Source: Eimeria praecox (lineage: Eukaryota). From it: 64,000 nucleotides of DNA. A program made the position numbers and the translations under genes. Under the pieces are notes generated by a model. That model ran no database searches. It was not told the DNA's origin and was given only the letters and a program-made list of their open reading frames with translations. The stretch is taken from the NCBI GenBank assembly GCA_963920595.1, contig OY986946.1:1302001-1366000 (forward strand), in the 5' to 3' direction. This document shows positions 26,256 to 40,149 of the stretch, in pieces. Within the stretch, counting starts at the first letter, position 1. Each line of letters begins with the position of its first letter.

Positions 26256-28827
26256 AATCTGGAACATTAAGGCTCATCACAGAAGAGCTCCCACGCATTC
26301 GCTCTGCACGTGCACTCGCAGGTGTTCTTTTTTAGGGATTCTTCATTGCTTGGCGAGCAATATGACTTCGCCTGGAGCTGGGCGGACTGGAACATAACTT
26401 TCCAAGCAGGCTGTCGATTTTCCCCCGGCAAGCTCGTGTCATTGACTCCTAAGCGAACCCCTGTAATATTCATTGTTCTGTTTCTTGTTGATGTCCCCCG
26501 AAATTGTTGTAATCTTGCCCAGCCTTTCCTTGTGAAAAGTCGCATGGGAAATTCGTTTTAGTGCTTCCTAAGCCCACGCTGATTGGTGGAACTTGCCGGT
26601 ATTGCCACATGCTGGCAGTGCATGCTGTAGCTCTCTTTCCGTTTCACTTAACTGCTGCCACGCCGGCAAAAAGCTCACTGTATCACCTCTCTGGTGAAAT
26701 CACTCTGTAAGCGCTGATCATATGCCTATAGCTTTAGAACGCAAAGTATCAAGGAGCTTGCAGCTCCGTCTTTCATCGCGTGTGCCGGCACGGAAGTTTT
26801 GCGAGTAGTCTGAAAAGTGTCATCCTGTTCATTTGGCCGTTAGCTGCTGAGGTGACTCCAATAATTCAATCAACTGAACTATCACTCCTGTTATTCTTCT
26901 GTGATCTGAAAAACCTGAGTCGGCAAAGGCAGTGTCTCATCTGTGACGATAGAGATCTGGCCCATCCATGCATTTCCACTTGAATGCAAGAACTAGCCTA
27001 ATGGAATCCAAACACAATGCTCAGGATACGGTCATTTATAACTGGGATATAAGCAATGACCACCGATATGACTATCGCTGTGGTTCGTAACAGCGACACG
27101 TGAAGAGCTACTAAATATGCTCGTACGCACTTTCCCAAAGCGGAAACGCGGCCTTGTTCCCCTTAATACTTCGCAAGTGACAGCAGTCTGCCCTGCCCGC
27201 AGGAGGTCTTGGGAATAAAACGGCTACTCCCCAGGAAAGCCCGTCTTGCTGCTGTAGAACGATGCTGCTCTATTTCAACCTTCCTGAACTGAATGATCTT
27301 CTTTAGCCCTTTGAGTGGGCCCGACTCACTGTCCCCTGTTCCCTGCCATCCAGACGTTCCCGCGGCTACCAAACGCACCAGGTGTAAGTATGGGGGAATG
27401 GGACACTGATGATGCCGATTTGTGTAGGTTTGCGGCATCTCCCGAAAGAATCCCCCTAGTCATGCATTTTCACTTGCACTTGGACGCAGTCACTAACCCC
27501 CTGGATTTCAAATACAACAATCTGCGACATGCTGATCTATACTTGGGCTGTGTGTAATGCCTACCCAAATGGCTATCGCTATGTGGGAATACTTCTGTGT
27601 GACCGTAGTCGCGCACATCCGTGCAGCATCCACAAGTCTCAGTGTATCAGTATTTCGCCGGCATTCAAACATCAGGATTGCGTGAACGCAGACGCTTGTT
27701 TGCATGTACGCCACCAAAAAAACCTGCGAGAAGGGCGAACTTGTACTGCGCATAACAGTTCAATTGGACTATGCAGCTACACTGGCCTCACAGAAGTTCA
27801 ACACAGTGCGCCAGAGACTGCTTATCCAGCAAACGGCAAGTAAACATGGACCTTCGCTGTAGGCAAGCGCGAGCTAGCCGTGCAGCACAAATGCCGCAGT
27901 GGAGCTGTGCTTCACCTGGAAGGGAGTAAAGGCAAATAAAGTCGGGGAAAGCCTGCAGTAGATTGAAATTTCGATCATCCGCAATGGGCTTTGCTGACCA
28001 GAAAATTTGAGACGCGCTGTTCCTGATCGTTGACGTCTACTCCCATGTCTGGGTATCAACCGTAGTCAGAACTTTTCCTTTGCTTCAAACTAATACAAAA
28101 GCTCACGCATTGCTTATTTGGTTTGTAAGGCTCATTCCGTGTCTCCGCTCATCGTGGGCCCCCCCCCCCCCCCCCCCCACACACAGTCAAGGCCCATTCA
28201 TGCTCCCTCTCCTCAATGCATGCAGGGTCGCAGGGACTGCATCAAACACCAATTACCACTTAACAGAGGAAAGTTTATAAGGAGAAGCGTTTGGGCTTGA
28301 TAGCACGCAAATCCCTCCTGAGGTGGTGGAGGAGCGTTAGTGTCGAGCTGGCGTTATCTCGCTCCAATGCAAGTCGGCGGCTGATTGTCCAGCAGAGGTG
28401 CCTTTTACCCTCCAGCCCCTTTGGATTCCATGTTGAATAGGTCGCTAAATTTGACAAACTTGCGAGAATCTTGCTAGGATTGAGTGCCTCACTTCGCCGT
28501 TGTGTTGCGGGTAGGCTGCCTATGGCACAGTCACACCTTTCGATGTTTTTTTGTCGTTAGGAGCCCCATGACCGTTTGTCGAGTGCTGATGCACGTCAGG
28601 ACGGCCGGTTACTCTAGAAACGTGGGAATAATACTTATTCATAAGGCCAGTCTAACGCTTCCATGCAAGGTCAGCACGCTTCGAGACGGCGGTCGTTGAA
28701 ATGAGGCCACTTGAGGAAGTCATATGAGAAGGCCTGCCATTGTGCAGGCTGTGAGACTCCCACAGACGGCAGATGCTGGTGGCGCCGTTAGGGGCGTGCA
28801 GCTGGCTCCCGGGGGGCCCCGGCACCA

Positions 28828-31800
28828 ATGCTGGCTCACGAGGACGGGCTTGCTGCCCCCGAAGATAAGGCCAACGCCCATTCAAGTGATCATCAAAGCT
28901 TGGGAAGGGAAGGGGATGGGCAACAGCAGACCCTGGGACAGAAGAAACCCAACACACATCCAAGTGATTACCGGAACTCGGGAGAAGAAGATGATGAACA
29001 GCAACAGGATCAACAGCAGCAGGAGCCCAACGCCCATCCATGTGATCATCAGGGTTCAGACGGAGAAGAGGGTGGGCAGCGGCAAACCAGACAGCAACAG
29101 CAGAAGCCCCAACAAAAGCAGATCGAGCCAGCCTGTCTCCAAGCGTGCTGCGTGGTGTCAGATCAAGGAGCCCGTGGCATTGAGGCTCGTCGACGGCGGC
29201 GTTTGGGTTCATCGTCTCCAGGCCCTGAGATTCACGTCCCTGAGTCGACTACGAAGAGAAAGCGCACTCCAAGCCGTCGGGTAGTGGAGGCGGCCGAATC
29301 AGCCCTGCTTCTGGAGGAGGTCATGGCTAGCGAGGGCTTAGAATCGCGTGGTGCCCCAACCAGTCCCTCCCGCTTCGCCGCTGATTACTCTCGTGCGTCT
29401 TCAGATGCTGTCCCGTCTTATTATACAGATACTTACAGTTCAACTGCCGACGGCATCGGTAATGTCGCTACGCACGTTGCGGCCTTGAGTGGCGCCGGAC
29501 GTCAGCAGCAGCATCAGGCAGGTTTATCAGAAATGGCAAGATCTTTAGGTTTAGAGGGCGCTGCGAAGGGCTTGAAGCCACAGACAGGAAACCAGAAGAC
29601 TGCCGGATGTAGAGGCACGCAGCGGCTTATGGCAGCTGTAACTGAAGAGGTTCCTCTATGCAGACGCCCTTGTAAGGAATACAAGCGCATATTGTAGGAT
29701 AGACATCCTAGAGATCACTGCTTTGTAGAGGGTCGGAATTCGCCAAAGGAGGCCTCAGTGCATGTGTGCCCGTCGATACATCTCTTTTGGTGCCATATGA
29801 TTCAGCTTTTATGCTCGCCCCCCGTTTGGTTTCAGCTTCTGCGGCATTTGGCGTTTATTGTTTTCTTATATGGGCATGGGTGCATGTGGCAGTGGGCACA
29901 GACAGTCGTGCGCCATGTGCGTATGCATTTGATGTGAAGAGTTGTTAATACGCACATTTGCAATGTGTTTTTTTGGCCCTCCAGTTGGTTTCTATCGCTT
30001 GTTCTGTTTCTGTGGGACTCAGTATTTGGAGCAGTGGAGCCCAGAGATCTGCTGGGGTTTGGGGTTCCTCTCCGAGAGGTTCTGGGCACTCGCGAACACC
30101 AAGGAGAACAGCAGCAACAACAGTCCCACAAGGAGGGAGAGGCATCAAGAGAGGCAAACACACAGCATAGAAGGCAACCTCATACTCATCAGATGCCTCA
30201 GCAACCGCAGAGGCAAAGGGGCGAGACGCCATCGTTTGTGGTCGATGTGGCGGTGGTGGGTGCCGGAGTTGCAGGGCTGGCGGCTGCTGCTTACCTCAGA
30301 AGGTGCGGAGCATCTGTAGTTGTGTTTGAGGGGCGCCACCGGGTTGGGGGGCGCACTTTCTCTTCTGTGATGCCGGAGAGAGTGCTACCCGACGGCCGAA
30401 AAGTAGAACGTAAGTGCTCACCGTGTCTATGCTGGGGCTCCGGTATCATTTTGGGGTTCCTTTGGGACTGAAGGGTGTGCGAGCAGCTCGTGGGCTAGTG
30501 GAGCAGCCAGCTGAGGTGCTGGCAGATGTTGTTGTACCACGTCTTTTGGGCGTCCTTCACCCTGCCCTCACAGTTCATTAGTGGCTTTTGTTGCATTTCA
30601 ACTTGTGCTGTCCCCACCAGCGTATGTTCTTTCTCCTATTCATCTGTTTCTACGGGTCTGGCAGTCCGTGAGGCTGTAGCTGTGGCTGTACACTGCGGGG
30701 AGAGGTGAATAGAGGTTTACATCCCGTTCTGCATTTGCTCGCTGGCAGGTGTCGCTCTGCTTTCTGTTCCTATGCAGGTGTTGTGATTGATCTGGGAGCT
30801 TCTTACATGCACTGTGTAACGGCACACCCCAAGGAGAGCGGCGGTGCTCCAGACTGCCGTTGGCGCCGGGAACCATCTCGATCTGTAAGTGGCATTGCGG
30901 CGGTGCTGCAGCCGCTGGTGGCTGATGTGGCTGGGAAGCAGAACTGGGAGTCGACGCTCTTTGCAAGGTGAGATGCGACGGGCTTTTTCTCTAGCGCATA
31001 TGCTGGCTACAACAGAACCTTTGCGCGTCTCTATTAGCTTCGAGTGCACCTGCGGGTTTATGGGGAAAGCATCTGGTGCTTTGTTATGCGCCTACAGTTG
31101 TCATAAGGAAAACCTAAGGGATGGGGCTTAGGCCACATCTCCACTTTGTAGGAGATTAGCACGCTTGACCTAAATTTAGAAGGCATGTTACAAGGGCGGG
31201 TCTTCCAGTCTTTGTGCTTTGTGGATACTGTTGCAGTTGGAGTGACGAGGCTTCTGGGAAAGAAGTACCTTTTCTTTCTGTACTAAAGGTCCATCAACTC
31301 CTTGATCGTCTACGGGAAAGAACGGCTGCAAAGTTGTTGCACTTGCCCCCACCCCTCACCGAAGCAGGTGGCGCAGGTCCCCCCGCCGCTTCCCTCCCCA
31401 ATACCATCCCCGCTGCAGAGTTTCTTGCCCCTTCTCTGGATGAATTACTCGCCGCTTCCCTAGATAGAAAACGGTCGGCCAGTAGGCGCAACAACGAAAA
31501 TGCGGGCCCCGCAGCAGCCGAGGCTGTCGTTGACCCCACAGGCAAACGCCATCTCCCTACCATTCAGGAGGACCTCCCCAAGCAGAATGACTGCCCCTGC
31601 AGTGGTTTGGACGGGGAAGATACCGAAGAGCACAGCAGCGATCAGGCTAACCCTACGGCTTTGCAGTCAGGGGACAGCGGATGTGCAGTGGTAGAAGAGG
31701 ACGCCGCCCATGGGCAGCACGACGCAAGCGATCCTTGCTGCCAGTGGGCCCCAGGGTCGAAAGAGAGCGGCCTTCGCAAGCAGAACAGGAGCATATCGAA

Positions 31801-34800
31801 CTCCCGGTTTTCTCTATACTATCCTTTGGGGGAGGCGTTTGTCCGCAAAGCCATCAGAGCGTATGGCGGATGCCCCTTGTGCTGCACAGGGGCATGTGGG
31901 GGGGCCTCGCGGCGAGTTGATGAGAGGCATGGAACTACCGGGGGGGCAGCAGACGGGAGCGGCGACAGTTGCAGACGGGAGGGTTTATGGGGGTCGCCTG
32001 CCCCTCTTGTCCAGCCGGGAGGTTGCGGTAAAACCCTGGAAACACCCATTGGCGATGCAGGGGCAACCGACGGCGAGCTCACATACGTTGGAGGCGCCTT
32101 GCAAATTGACCCGGCTGGGGGAGCGAACGAGGCAGCCCATTGTAGCTTGAGTCGTAGCCAGCCTTACACAGGGGACCTCGCGTCGGATGGAAAAGATCCA
32201 TGCAAAGCAGACTCTGCTCTCCAGCAGCAGCTAACCAGGAAGGAGTTGGCGAAGAGACCATCCGGTGTTTGCACTAGAGCCCGAGGCAGCACCGCCCATA
32301 GCAGCAGCACCAGCAATGGACAGCAAATACTAAAGGGCAGCCGCCCGAAGAAGAGCAGCACAACGACAGGGGCGCATGCGCATACACGGCTGGTCCCTCC
32401 CTTGTCGCTACACGACAACAGAGGGTTCCGTCGGTCGGCGTGGGATGCTCTACAGGTGTCTCTGTGCGAAATCTTGGCAGAGGCCGAGGCAGATGAGGGC
32501 GCCCAGAGTGTGGGGGCAAACAGCAGAGAAAGCATTAACAGAGATTGCCGTGCCCTCAAGCCCCGTAAACCACCGCTTACTCCTGCAGAAGCTCGTATGC
32601 TGCTGGTTGTTTTGCAGTCTAGGTTGGGCTACGTGGGTGACCTTAGAGAGCTGCCCTTGTCTGCTGTGAAGAACTATCCTTACGAAGTTGCTGGGGTAGG
32701 TGCATCTCTCAGAGAGGAGCTGCTAGCCCCACAGTTGGGGCCCCCGCCGGTGCCTCTATCTGTGCCTCCGGCCCCCAGCATGCAACGATTACGCATGCAG
32801 CAAGCTGCTCTGGAAGCATCCCTGCAGCAGGAACAGCATGTTCATGCTTATCCGTTTTCGGCGTCTACTGCCAGTTCTGCGGACAAACTTGTGGTAGATG
32901 GGTGGGGGTGGTTGCCCTTGTTCTTGTGCTTACAAGTGTCCCCCTTTGTTGTAACTGAAGCCACTGTGCAGTCTATAAGCGTCAAGGATCGCCGCCGTCA
33001 TATTCTAGAGTGCCCAGGCACTACGCCTGCTCGCCCCATGGGAACCTCGCGGATTTCCCCTGGAGACAGAGACGACCCTGTTGGAGATGACGATTGCGAT
33101 AAACAGGATGAAGAGGCAACTCATGATGGGTCTTTCCTTGATACCCACCCAGTACGCCTGCGGGTCGAAGTGAACCGTCGCCTTCGCCATAACACTTCTC
33201 ATGGACTGCCACAAGCGGAGAAACAAGATGAGCCGCCAACGCACATTTGGTAAGGAGCTGCCTGTTTTCCCTTTCGCAGCGCCTTCCATTATTTAATTGC
33301 GTGCGGCTTATGCATTTCCATATTCCTGCCTTTAAGTCGCCATATTCTGGTTCACGGTGCATCCTCGTGTTGCACTGCGGTTGCATCACTGGCCTTACCA
33401 CCTTAAGGCTGATATCTGAGGCATCCTGATGATGGCTCGCGGAAGCAGTCGCTAACAGGGCAAAGCTACGAGTGTTCCTTCCAATAAGTTATTTTTTTTC
33501 AGGGCTCATGCCAAGTATTGCGTAGTGGCGGTCCCACTTTCCCAGCTTGCTCAAGCGCCTTTGCCCTGCACCCGTGCATCAACAGCGGAACCGCAGCTTC
33601 CACCAACTCTGGGCCTGATTGACTTTTCACCTCCCCTAGGAATTGACAGGCGCCGCGCTCTTGCACGGTACAGGATGGGGTGTCACAATAAGGTGAGTGC
33701 TGCTGCTTCCGTTCGTAGAGTTGTTGTGTCCGACAAATCAACAGCGTGGTAGACACCGCCCCACATAGGCTTAGAATCTGTGCCGCCGTGGTTGCACGAA
33801 TCACGGGCTGCCACGCTGCCTCCTAAGCTTATCCTTTGGGAATGAGGGGGAAGAACAGCAGAGCCCGTTGTTGAGTTGAGCCGGGAGGTGTTGACTCCGA
33901 CTGTTGTGACGCTTGTGATCGAGATTTGAGCAACCGGCTGGTCATTTGTTGCCGGAATGCTTCGTGAATTCAGGTGATCATTCGGTGGCACCCAGACGAC
34001 GTTTTCTGGCATGAACGGGGCCTACAGCTGAATTGCCTTGATCAGAAGTTTCAATTTCTGAACCTACACGCGTATGGGAGGCCAGGTTGCCTTCTTGCGC
34101 ATTGCTTTCCCCCATTTTCCACTGGTTACGGGGGTCTCCACACCGACCAAGAGGTGCGGTAAATCTCTAGGCAGAGCTTGTCGTTTCTTCAGCGAGTTTG
34201 TTTGATGCCGAGGAACTGCATTTCCCGTGGTAGATTGCTGCTTCTTTTACCGCTGGAGGTTGTAACAAGACTAAAGAGCGGTGGTCTATAGCCTCAGGCC
34301 TTTTGTGTCGTCGTGCTTTTCAGGTGGTAGCTGAAGTCCTGGCACTACTGCAGCAAATGTTCGGCATATCTGATGCTTCATTTCCTCGGCCAGTTGATTT
34401 TGTTGTCTCACGGTGGGACGAAGATTGTTTTTCTCGAGGCTCCTATTCAACCCCGGTATGTTGCGTATATCGTTATTTGCAGTTTAACTTCACTTTATTA
34501 CGGTGTCAGATCGTCACGATGCGCTCCTTGCGCATTACTGTCCAGGCTACACCTGGGAAAAGGGCGCCATTTCCACGCAGCTAGAAGGGCAGGCGGCGGT
34601 CGTGGCAGTTCGCTGTTGTGACGAGTGCGGTTGCTGGTGCTTGCGTCCTGACTGCTGCAGGGAGTGAACGCGTACGACAACGACCTCGACATTATGAGGG
34701 CTCCCCACCCAGCACATGACCCTCGCGTGCTGTTCTGTGGAGAGCATCTTAGCAAGGCCTATTTTCAGTGCGTCGATGGTGCTTTCGATACAGGTACACG

Positions 34801-37800
34801 TAAAGAAGCAGCGGCAAATGCCTGTTTCCTATCTTCCCTATTGCTTTGAAATCCTAGAGGCTTATGGGGCCATTATGCATAGCCCTTGCACTAGGAAGGG
34901 GCGCACCCTGTATCCCGATTTTCCTTGCTGTGTTAACTCTGATACCCGTTCCCCGATAAGATAAACCTCTGTTAGCCCTTATTACGTAGTATATTGAACG
35001 TGTACGTTTTCCAACGGTGCAGCACGTCCTCTGCTAAGGTGAACGCTGCGTAAAGTGGAGATTAGTCGGGATGGTGGTCATGCGTGCGAATTGCAGGGTT
35101 GCGCGCTGGGGAGGCTGTGGCCCACGAGTGTCTGCAGCTCCCGCTTCCTCCCAGAGAAGACGGAAGGAATTTCGCATTGGATTGTTTTTGCCTCCCTCCA
35201 GTGTCAGCCCAGTCTGTTCTTTCATCCCTTGGCAGCGAGGAGGTTCACCGGCCGCCAAAAGCAAATATCGCCTCTAGGGGCGAACGGCATTTTAAAGAGC
35301 CCTCGGGAACCTCGGACGACGTATTATATAAGCAAATCTCACAAGGTTTGCTGCCGCAGTGCCCGTTTTCGGGATTTCCGATGCCGCCACTACCCCGTGT
35401 GTTGCGCGGCCATTACTTAACGGACCAGTCAGACCTAGGTCTGACTGACGCAGAGGGGGAAAACTGGGCAGATGCGGGTGGAGGGCGGCGCGGCCCCCAG
35501 ACTTGTGAGTCAGAACGAAGGACCCCACAGGTTGCGGCGGCTGAAGAGTATTTCCTTGCGCATTGCTTGGCCTTTATAAAAAGAGGCAGCAGGCGGCTGC
35601 TGCAGGGGCTGGCTCTGCAGTATCAGGGCATCCCTAGTAGTGGCTCGCCCTTGGAGCAGTTTCCCATCGATGATGCTTGTTACGAAGGAGAGCCGTTTTT
35701 TGATGCAGATGAAACACGTGCATCGGGAAATGGGGGCAGCGAAGCTACAACGGGTGAACCTCCTGCGGTGCCGCCTGTCCACAGTTTATCAGAGGTCGCA
35801 CTCAGCTTCTTGCAGCGCTTACCTACGGCTGCTCAGCGCCTCTTTTACAGGACGTTCCTTTCTGAATTCCCTTTGGCTCCACCCTCATCAAGTGTTGGCG
35901 CAGACCAGGAGCAAAGGTGCAAATGTACGCCGTCGAAGCCTGAGCAGCAGGATGGCAGTCATGAAGGGTTAGGCAGCCAACAACAGCTTCAGCTTCCTCT
36001 TCTAACTGACTTCCTTGACGCCATCTTTCTCACCACCAGCAATGCAAGCGCTAATGAGAGCAGTCAATATGCCCCCTTCAATGAGACGGCCATCTTGCTG
36101 TCCCAGACGTTTGCTCGTCGTCTAAAGCGCGGGTCTGGCGGCAAGGCTTTGGATATGGAATCTTTCCTGTTACTTCTTGCGAAGAAGAATAGCCTAGTGC
36201 TAGATGTAGTACTCAGACCTATACGCGCCTTAGCGCATTCTTTTCCGGGAAGCAGTGAGGAGAGAGGCCCAACGACAAAAGCTGAAGCTGCTGAGGTGCC
36301 TTTGGCACCAGATGAAGCAGCTGCAGCGTCGCTGGAGCGCTTCGTGAAGGAACTAATGTTGCCCGCTCTCCCGGCGCATGCACGAAACACAAAGCCCCCT
36401 CGAATGGCAGCTGTGTCGGTGGGTGTGCTGCTGATGGAGACGCTTGAGAGGCTTTGTGCTGCAGTCCCGCCAGCCACCGACGAAGAGCACCTGAAACAGA
36501 GAGCCACCCTTGTAGAAGACTTGGTGCTGAAGAATCTCGCAAACAGCCAGTTTGTCTCGGCCATCGGTAGCAGTGGGACGACTGGCGGAGTGCCAAGAAG
36601 ACACGGGGAGGGGGGAGAGTCGTCAGATCCACTGCAGCACGAGCAGTTATGCTGGCTGTGTCGCGGGGAGGGGGATTTGCTCCTGTGCGATGGTCTGCCA
36701 TCAGCTGCTACAACCCCAGGTGCAGCTTGTGGAGGTGGCTCATCCGGCTTAAGCACAGTAGCAGCTGCTCCAAGGCCGTGTCGCCACGTTTTCCACATTG
36801 GGTGTGCATTTCCTCCGCCGACAGCCGCAGAATTGCAGCCCAATGCCCACTGGAGCTGTCCACTGTGCAAAGCAAAGGCCTTCAGAGAACGCCGTAATGC
36901 TCAGCAGGGTGAGTCGGCTCGGAGCCAGCAAGAGGGGGGAAAGGCCCAGGAGCAGCATAGTCTTCAGAATGGAGATGGACAGCAAGGGCATACAGAGCAT
37001 TCAGCGGTAACAGTCGGTGCGGGAAGCGCTGAAGCGCGTCCGGATAGTACAGGCTTCGGCGGGGATCTTCTGCATTACATTTTCGAGTCGGTGGAGCGTC
37101 TCGCACAGCAAGGAACGGAAGAAAGAACTGCCCAGCAGTCTCAACGGCAGCTGGCAGCGTGTGAAGATTTGCAGATGGCTGCACTAAAGCGACTGTTCGT
37201 TGACAAATCTCGAAGCCTCCTTGCTCGGACTCGGCAGCTGTGCAAGCGGCTGGAGGATCTTCAGTCGATGAGAATGAGGTCATGGGGAGCAGGGAACCGC
37301 AGGAAGCTGCGCATGCGCTCGAAAGCGGGCTGGCGTGAGCATCTGAACCCGGAGGCTTCTGAGTCTGTAGAATGCTCAGGAGGGAGAGTGCAGGCACCTC
37401 CGAAGCATAAACAAGTACTGCCCGTTGCAAGGCGTCCTATTCATTCGTCCTCAACCTCCAAAGACAAGGGCACTTCTGAACAGGCAACCCAAGCGAATCG
37501 GGACACGGCCACTGGCGATACCGTTTGGCAGCGCGGCAGCCACGCATCAACAGCTGGCGCTTCATCCCCTGAAGGGGAAGGAAAGCTTTTCCCGGATGGT
37601 GGAGAGGAAGAGCGCACTCGCCGCATGCGGCCGTCAGCACTGGGTGGAAAGGCTGAAGGCTCTGCTGCAGCCGCAGGAAGGAGCCAGGTCGATTCGGACC
37701 GAGCGTCGACGGCCAATACAACCCTGGAGCAACCGCAAGCTGGCCGCGCGGATAACGGGGAGAAGGATGTCTCAGCTGGCTCCCAGGATGAGGCTGCATC

Positions 37801-39370
37801 GGAGGAGGAAGCAGACCGTCCTACGGATCCTTTTGCTGCTGCAGCCCAGACACCCAGATTTGCCATAGCCCTGAACTTGCTGTCGCGTGTCCAGGCAGCA
37901 GATGAGTCAGCTTTGCCCTTGAGCGTCTCAGCCTTACAGCATCTGCGTCATTCAGCACGAGGCTGCTGCTGTAGCCATAAGAGCCAGCCTTCACGAGGAA
38001 AAGTGCGACCTGGCGACGGAAGCGGCTGCAGCACGGACAAAAAGGACTTCTGCCGCTGCAGAGCCGAAGCTTCATCGAAGGACGGCGACTGCCAGTGTGT
38101 GCGGTCAGCGCGAATGGATGCAGCAGCTGCTCTTAGGGGGCTCCTGGTCTTTGGGAAGCACATGCCTACGGCTACAGCCCGTCCGAGGCGCCGATTCCGC
38201 TGCTTGGCACCCCACGTTAGCTCAAAAGATGCAGATATAGAGGCTCTCTGTCATGGTGAATCAGCCTGGCTGAATCGACTTTCTAGGCCCTCGAGGAGGC
38301 GGCGCCCTCAGCAGTTCCGCACAGCATCCAGAGATATAGTAGATGGAAAGTCTTCCAGTGTGCAGCAGTCACGTCAACAAACTGCGGTGCACGCGGGAGG
38401 GCCACCAGCGCTTCAGAGCTACAGACAGCCAGATGTGAACCCACACCAAAAGAGTGTTGCCGACGCGCAGCAGCCTGTATCTGGAGCTCTCCTTCATAGA
38501 GGTACTGGCGTATCCTGCGCTGCAGCAGGAGCTCCAGTAAGGGAGCACGCTGCTGCGCAGCTGCCGTTCCCCATTTTAGCGCAGCACGGTTCCCCTGCTT
38601 TCATGTCTGCCCCGTCGCAAGGAAGGCAAGCAACGGCAAGCTCCAGCGCCCTACGCTCTCTCTGGCAACTGCTACAGGCAGTAAGGGAGCAACCGCAGCA
38701 GCAGCAGCAGCTTCAGCAGGAACATGCGCAAAGTGGAAGAGGAAGTACTATCTCAGTTCAGCAGCCACTTGTGCAACATCAGTTGCACCAGCAACTACAG
38801 CTTCAGCAGCAACTGCAGCAGCAACTGCAACTGCGACTGCAACAGCAGCTACAACACCAGCTTCAGCAGCAGGTGCAACAGCAACTGCTGCAGCAGGAAC
38901 GATCTGCAGCAGCGCTCCGATCTACACAGGAAAGATGGGCACCAGTATCATCCGGCGCTGGTGAGAGAAATTCTGAACTGATGCAGCAGCTAGCGCTACT
39001 TCGTGCCAGCCATGCTAACAACCCACAGGCTGCATGCGTTTCTCAAGGTGTTGCAACTCCGGGAATAGAGCAGCAGCTGGAGAGGCAGCTTCAGGAGCTA
39101 CTAAGAAGACAACGACTCCAGGCTTCCTTGAGGGGTCAGCAGCTGCGCGTGGGAGAAATGCGATCAGCGCAGCATCCCGTAAGCACTAGCCCACCGCAAG
39201 GACTGCTGCACCAACAGTTTCTTTCGGACAGAATGGAACAAGCACAGCATGCAGGGACAGAGCAGCAACGCTTGAGGGAGCGCTTGCTCCGTTTACAGCA
39301 GCTGCAAAGGCAACTACGTCTTCTGCAACAACGGCAGCGAAGTGATTCTTCTGGGGAAGGCCAGGCATGA
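28828..39370 (+). CDS. Flavin-dependent amine oxidase, lysine-specific histone demethylase (LSD1/LSD2-like), with PHD finger and polyQ tail; multi-exon
   Basis: FAD-binding [27 protein letters not shown] (30240-30355), then DLGASYMH (~30790), [15 protein letters not shown] (LSD1 K661-like lysine), [37 protein letters not shown]4HC3 PHD finger at 36650-36868. Approximate exons: 28828-29671, 30023-30409, 30778-30968, 31237-33249, 33503-33692, 33974-34153, 34324-34456, 34661-34792, 35097-39370. The start codon is tentative. Confidence 0.85.
28871..29110 (+). repeat. Three 78-bp (26-aa) degenerate tandem repeats in the N-terminal exon
   Basis: Units begin ccaacgcccattcaagtgatcatc (28871), ccaacacacatccaagtgattacc (28949) and ccaacgcccatccatgtgatcatc (29027). 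Protein consensus is about N[AT]H[PS][SC]D[HY]..acidic..QQQ. Confidence 0.85.
38690..38897 (+). repeat. CAG/CAA-rich coding tract (polyQ with periodic Leu)
   Basis: Encodes [41 protein letters not shown]. Confidence 0.9.
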
Positions 39371-40149
39371 CTATAAATCTCTACACGCGCGTGCTGACGA
39401 GACATGCAGAGGTTTTATGGCCAAGGATTTATTCTGCATGCTTCGCGGCATAGAAGTGTAGGGACTGCTGCTAGGATGCTAGCCGCCCGATCGCTGCAGA
39501 CTGTGACCAAAATGATGTACTTTGGTTGGTTTCATCTGAGGGTTTGACATGCCTACTTAACGCATGCATACTGAAGGTGGCGCAGGTGTACCAGGAGCTG
39601 CAGCTTGAACAGTTTTTGTGTTGTAACGATGCTGGAGCTTCGTGACGTTTACGTTTGGGACTTTATTCATCATCATAGGTGAGGCAACACCGTAGGTTCC
39701 GTTGAAGCATTCTTTGAAACTCATCAGGTTGTTTGCATCATCTGCCATGATGAGTTACTAAAGCAGTCAAAGGCCGTATGCCCACACTATAGGCACTGAC
39801 GCCTTATATTGTGTGTAAATCTTTGCTACGGCCGCTTGTCATCCTATTCTTTGGATTTTGCCGCCAAGGCGGAAGCAGGCCACTGTGCCTGTCGGCATCA
39901 CTGCCGTGTGCTGCACGGAGCTGTTTCCCTGCAGTATCAACTGTTCCACTGTATCAACGGTTTCACTAAAATGCTAGGTGTGAGTACACAACCGCTCCTT
40001 ATTACAAAGCTCAATCTTGCCACCCTGCTGTTTCATAGTATAGGGATGTTGAAACGGTAAAAACGATAGAAAGCCTCATCCAATAAGTTAAATGGCCAGT
40101 AACAGTAGTGCACATATCTTGGACACTGCACGCATTGCAAAATATTGGC

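Noticed and set aside
26900..26983. CLICDDRDLAHPC as a second zinc knuckle
   Set aside because: Spacing does not fit CX2CX4HX4C and there is no gag or protease context.
28652..29284. Overlapping 186-aa ORFs on both strands
   Set aside because: By-products of the stop-poor 78-bp/CAG repeats in the 28828 frame.
39400..40100. 3' LTR matching 41640-42095
   Set aside because: No convincing direct-repeat copy, primer-binding site or polypurine tract found by eye.
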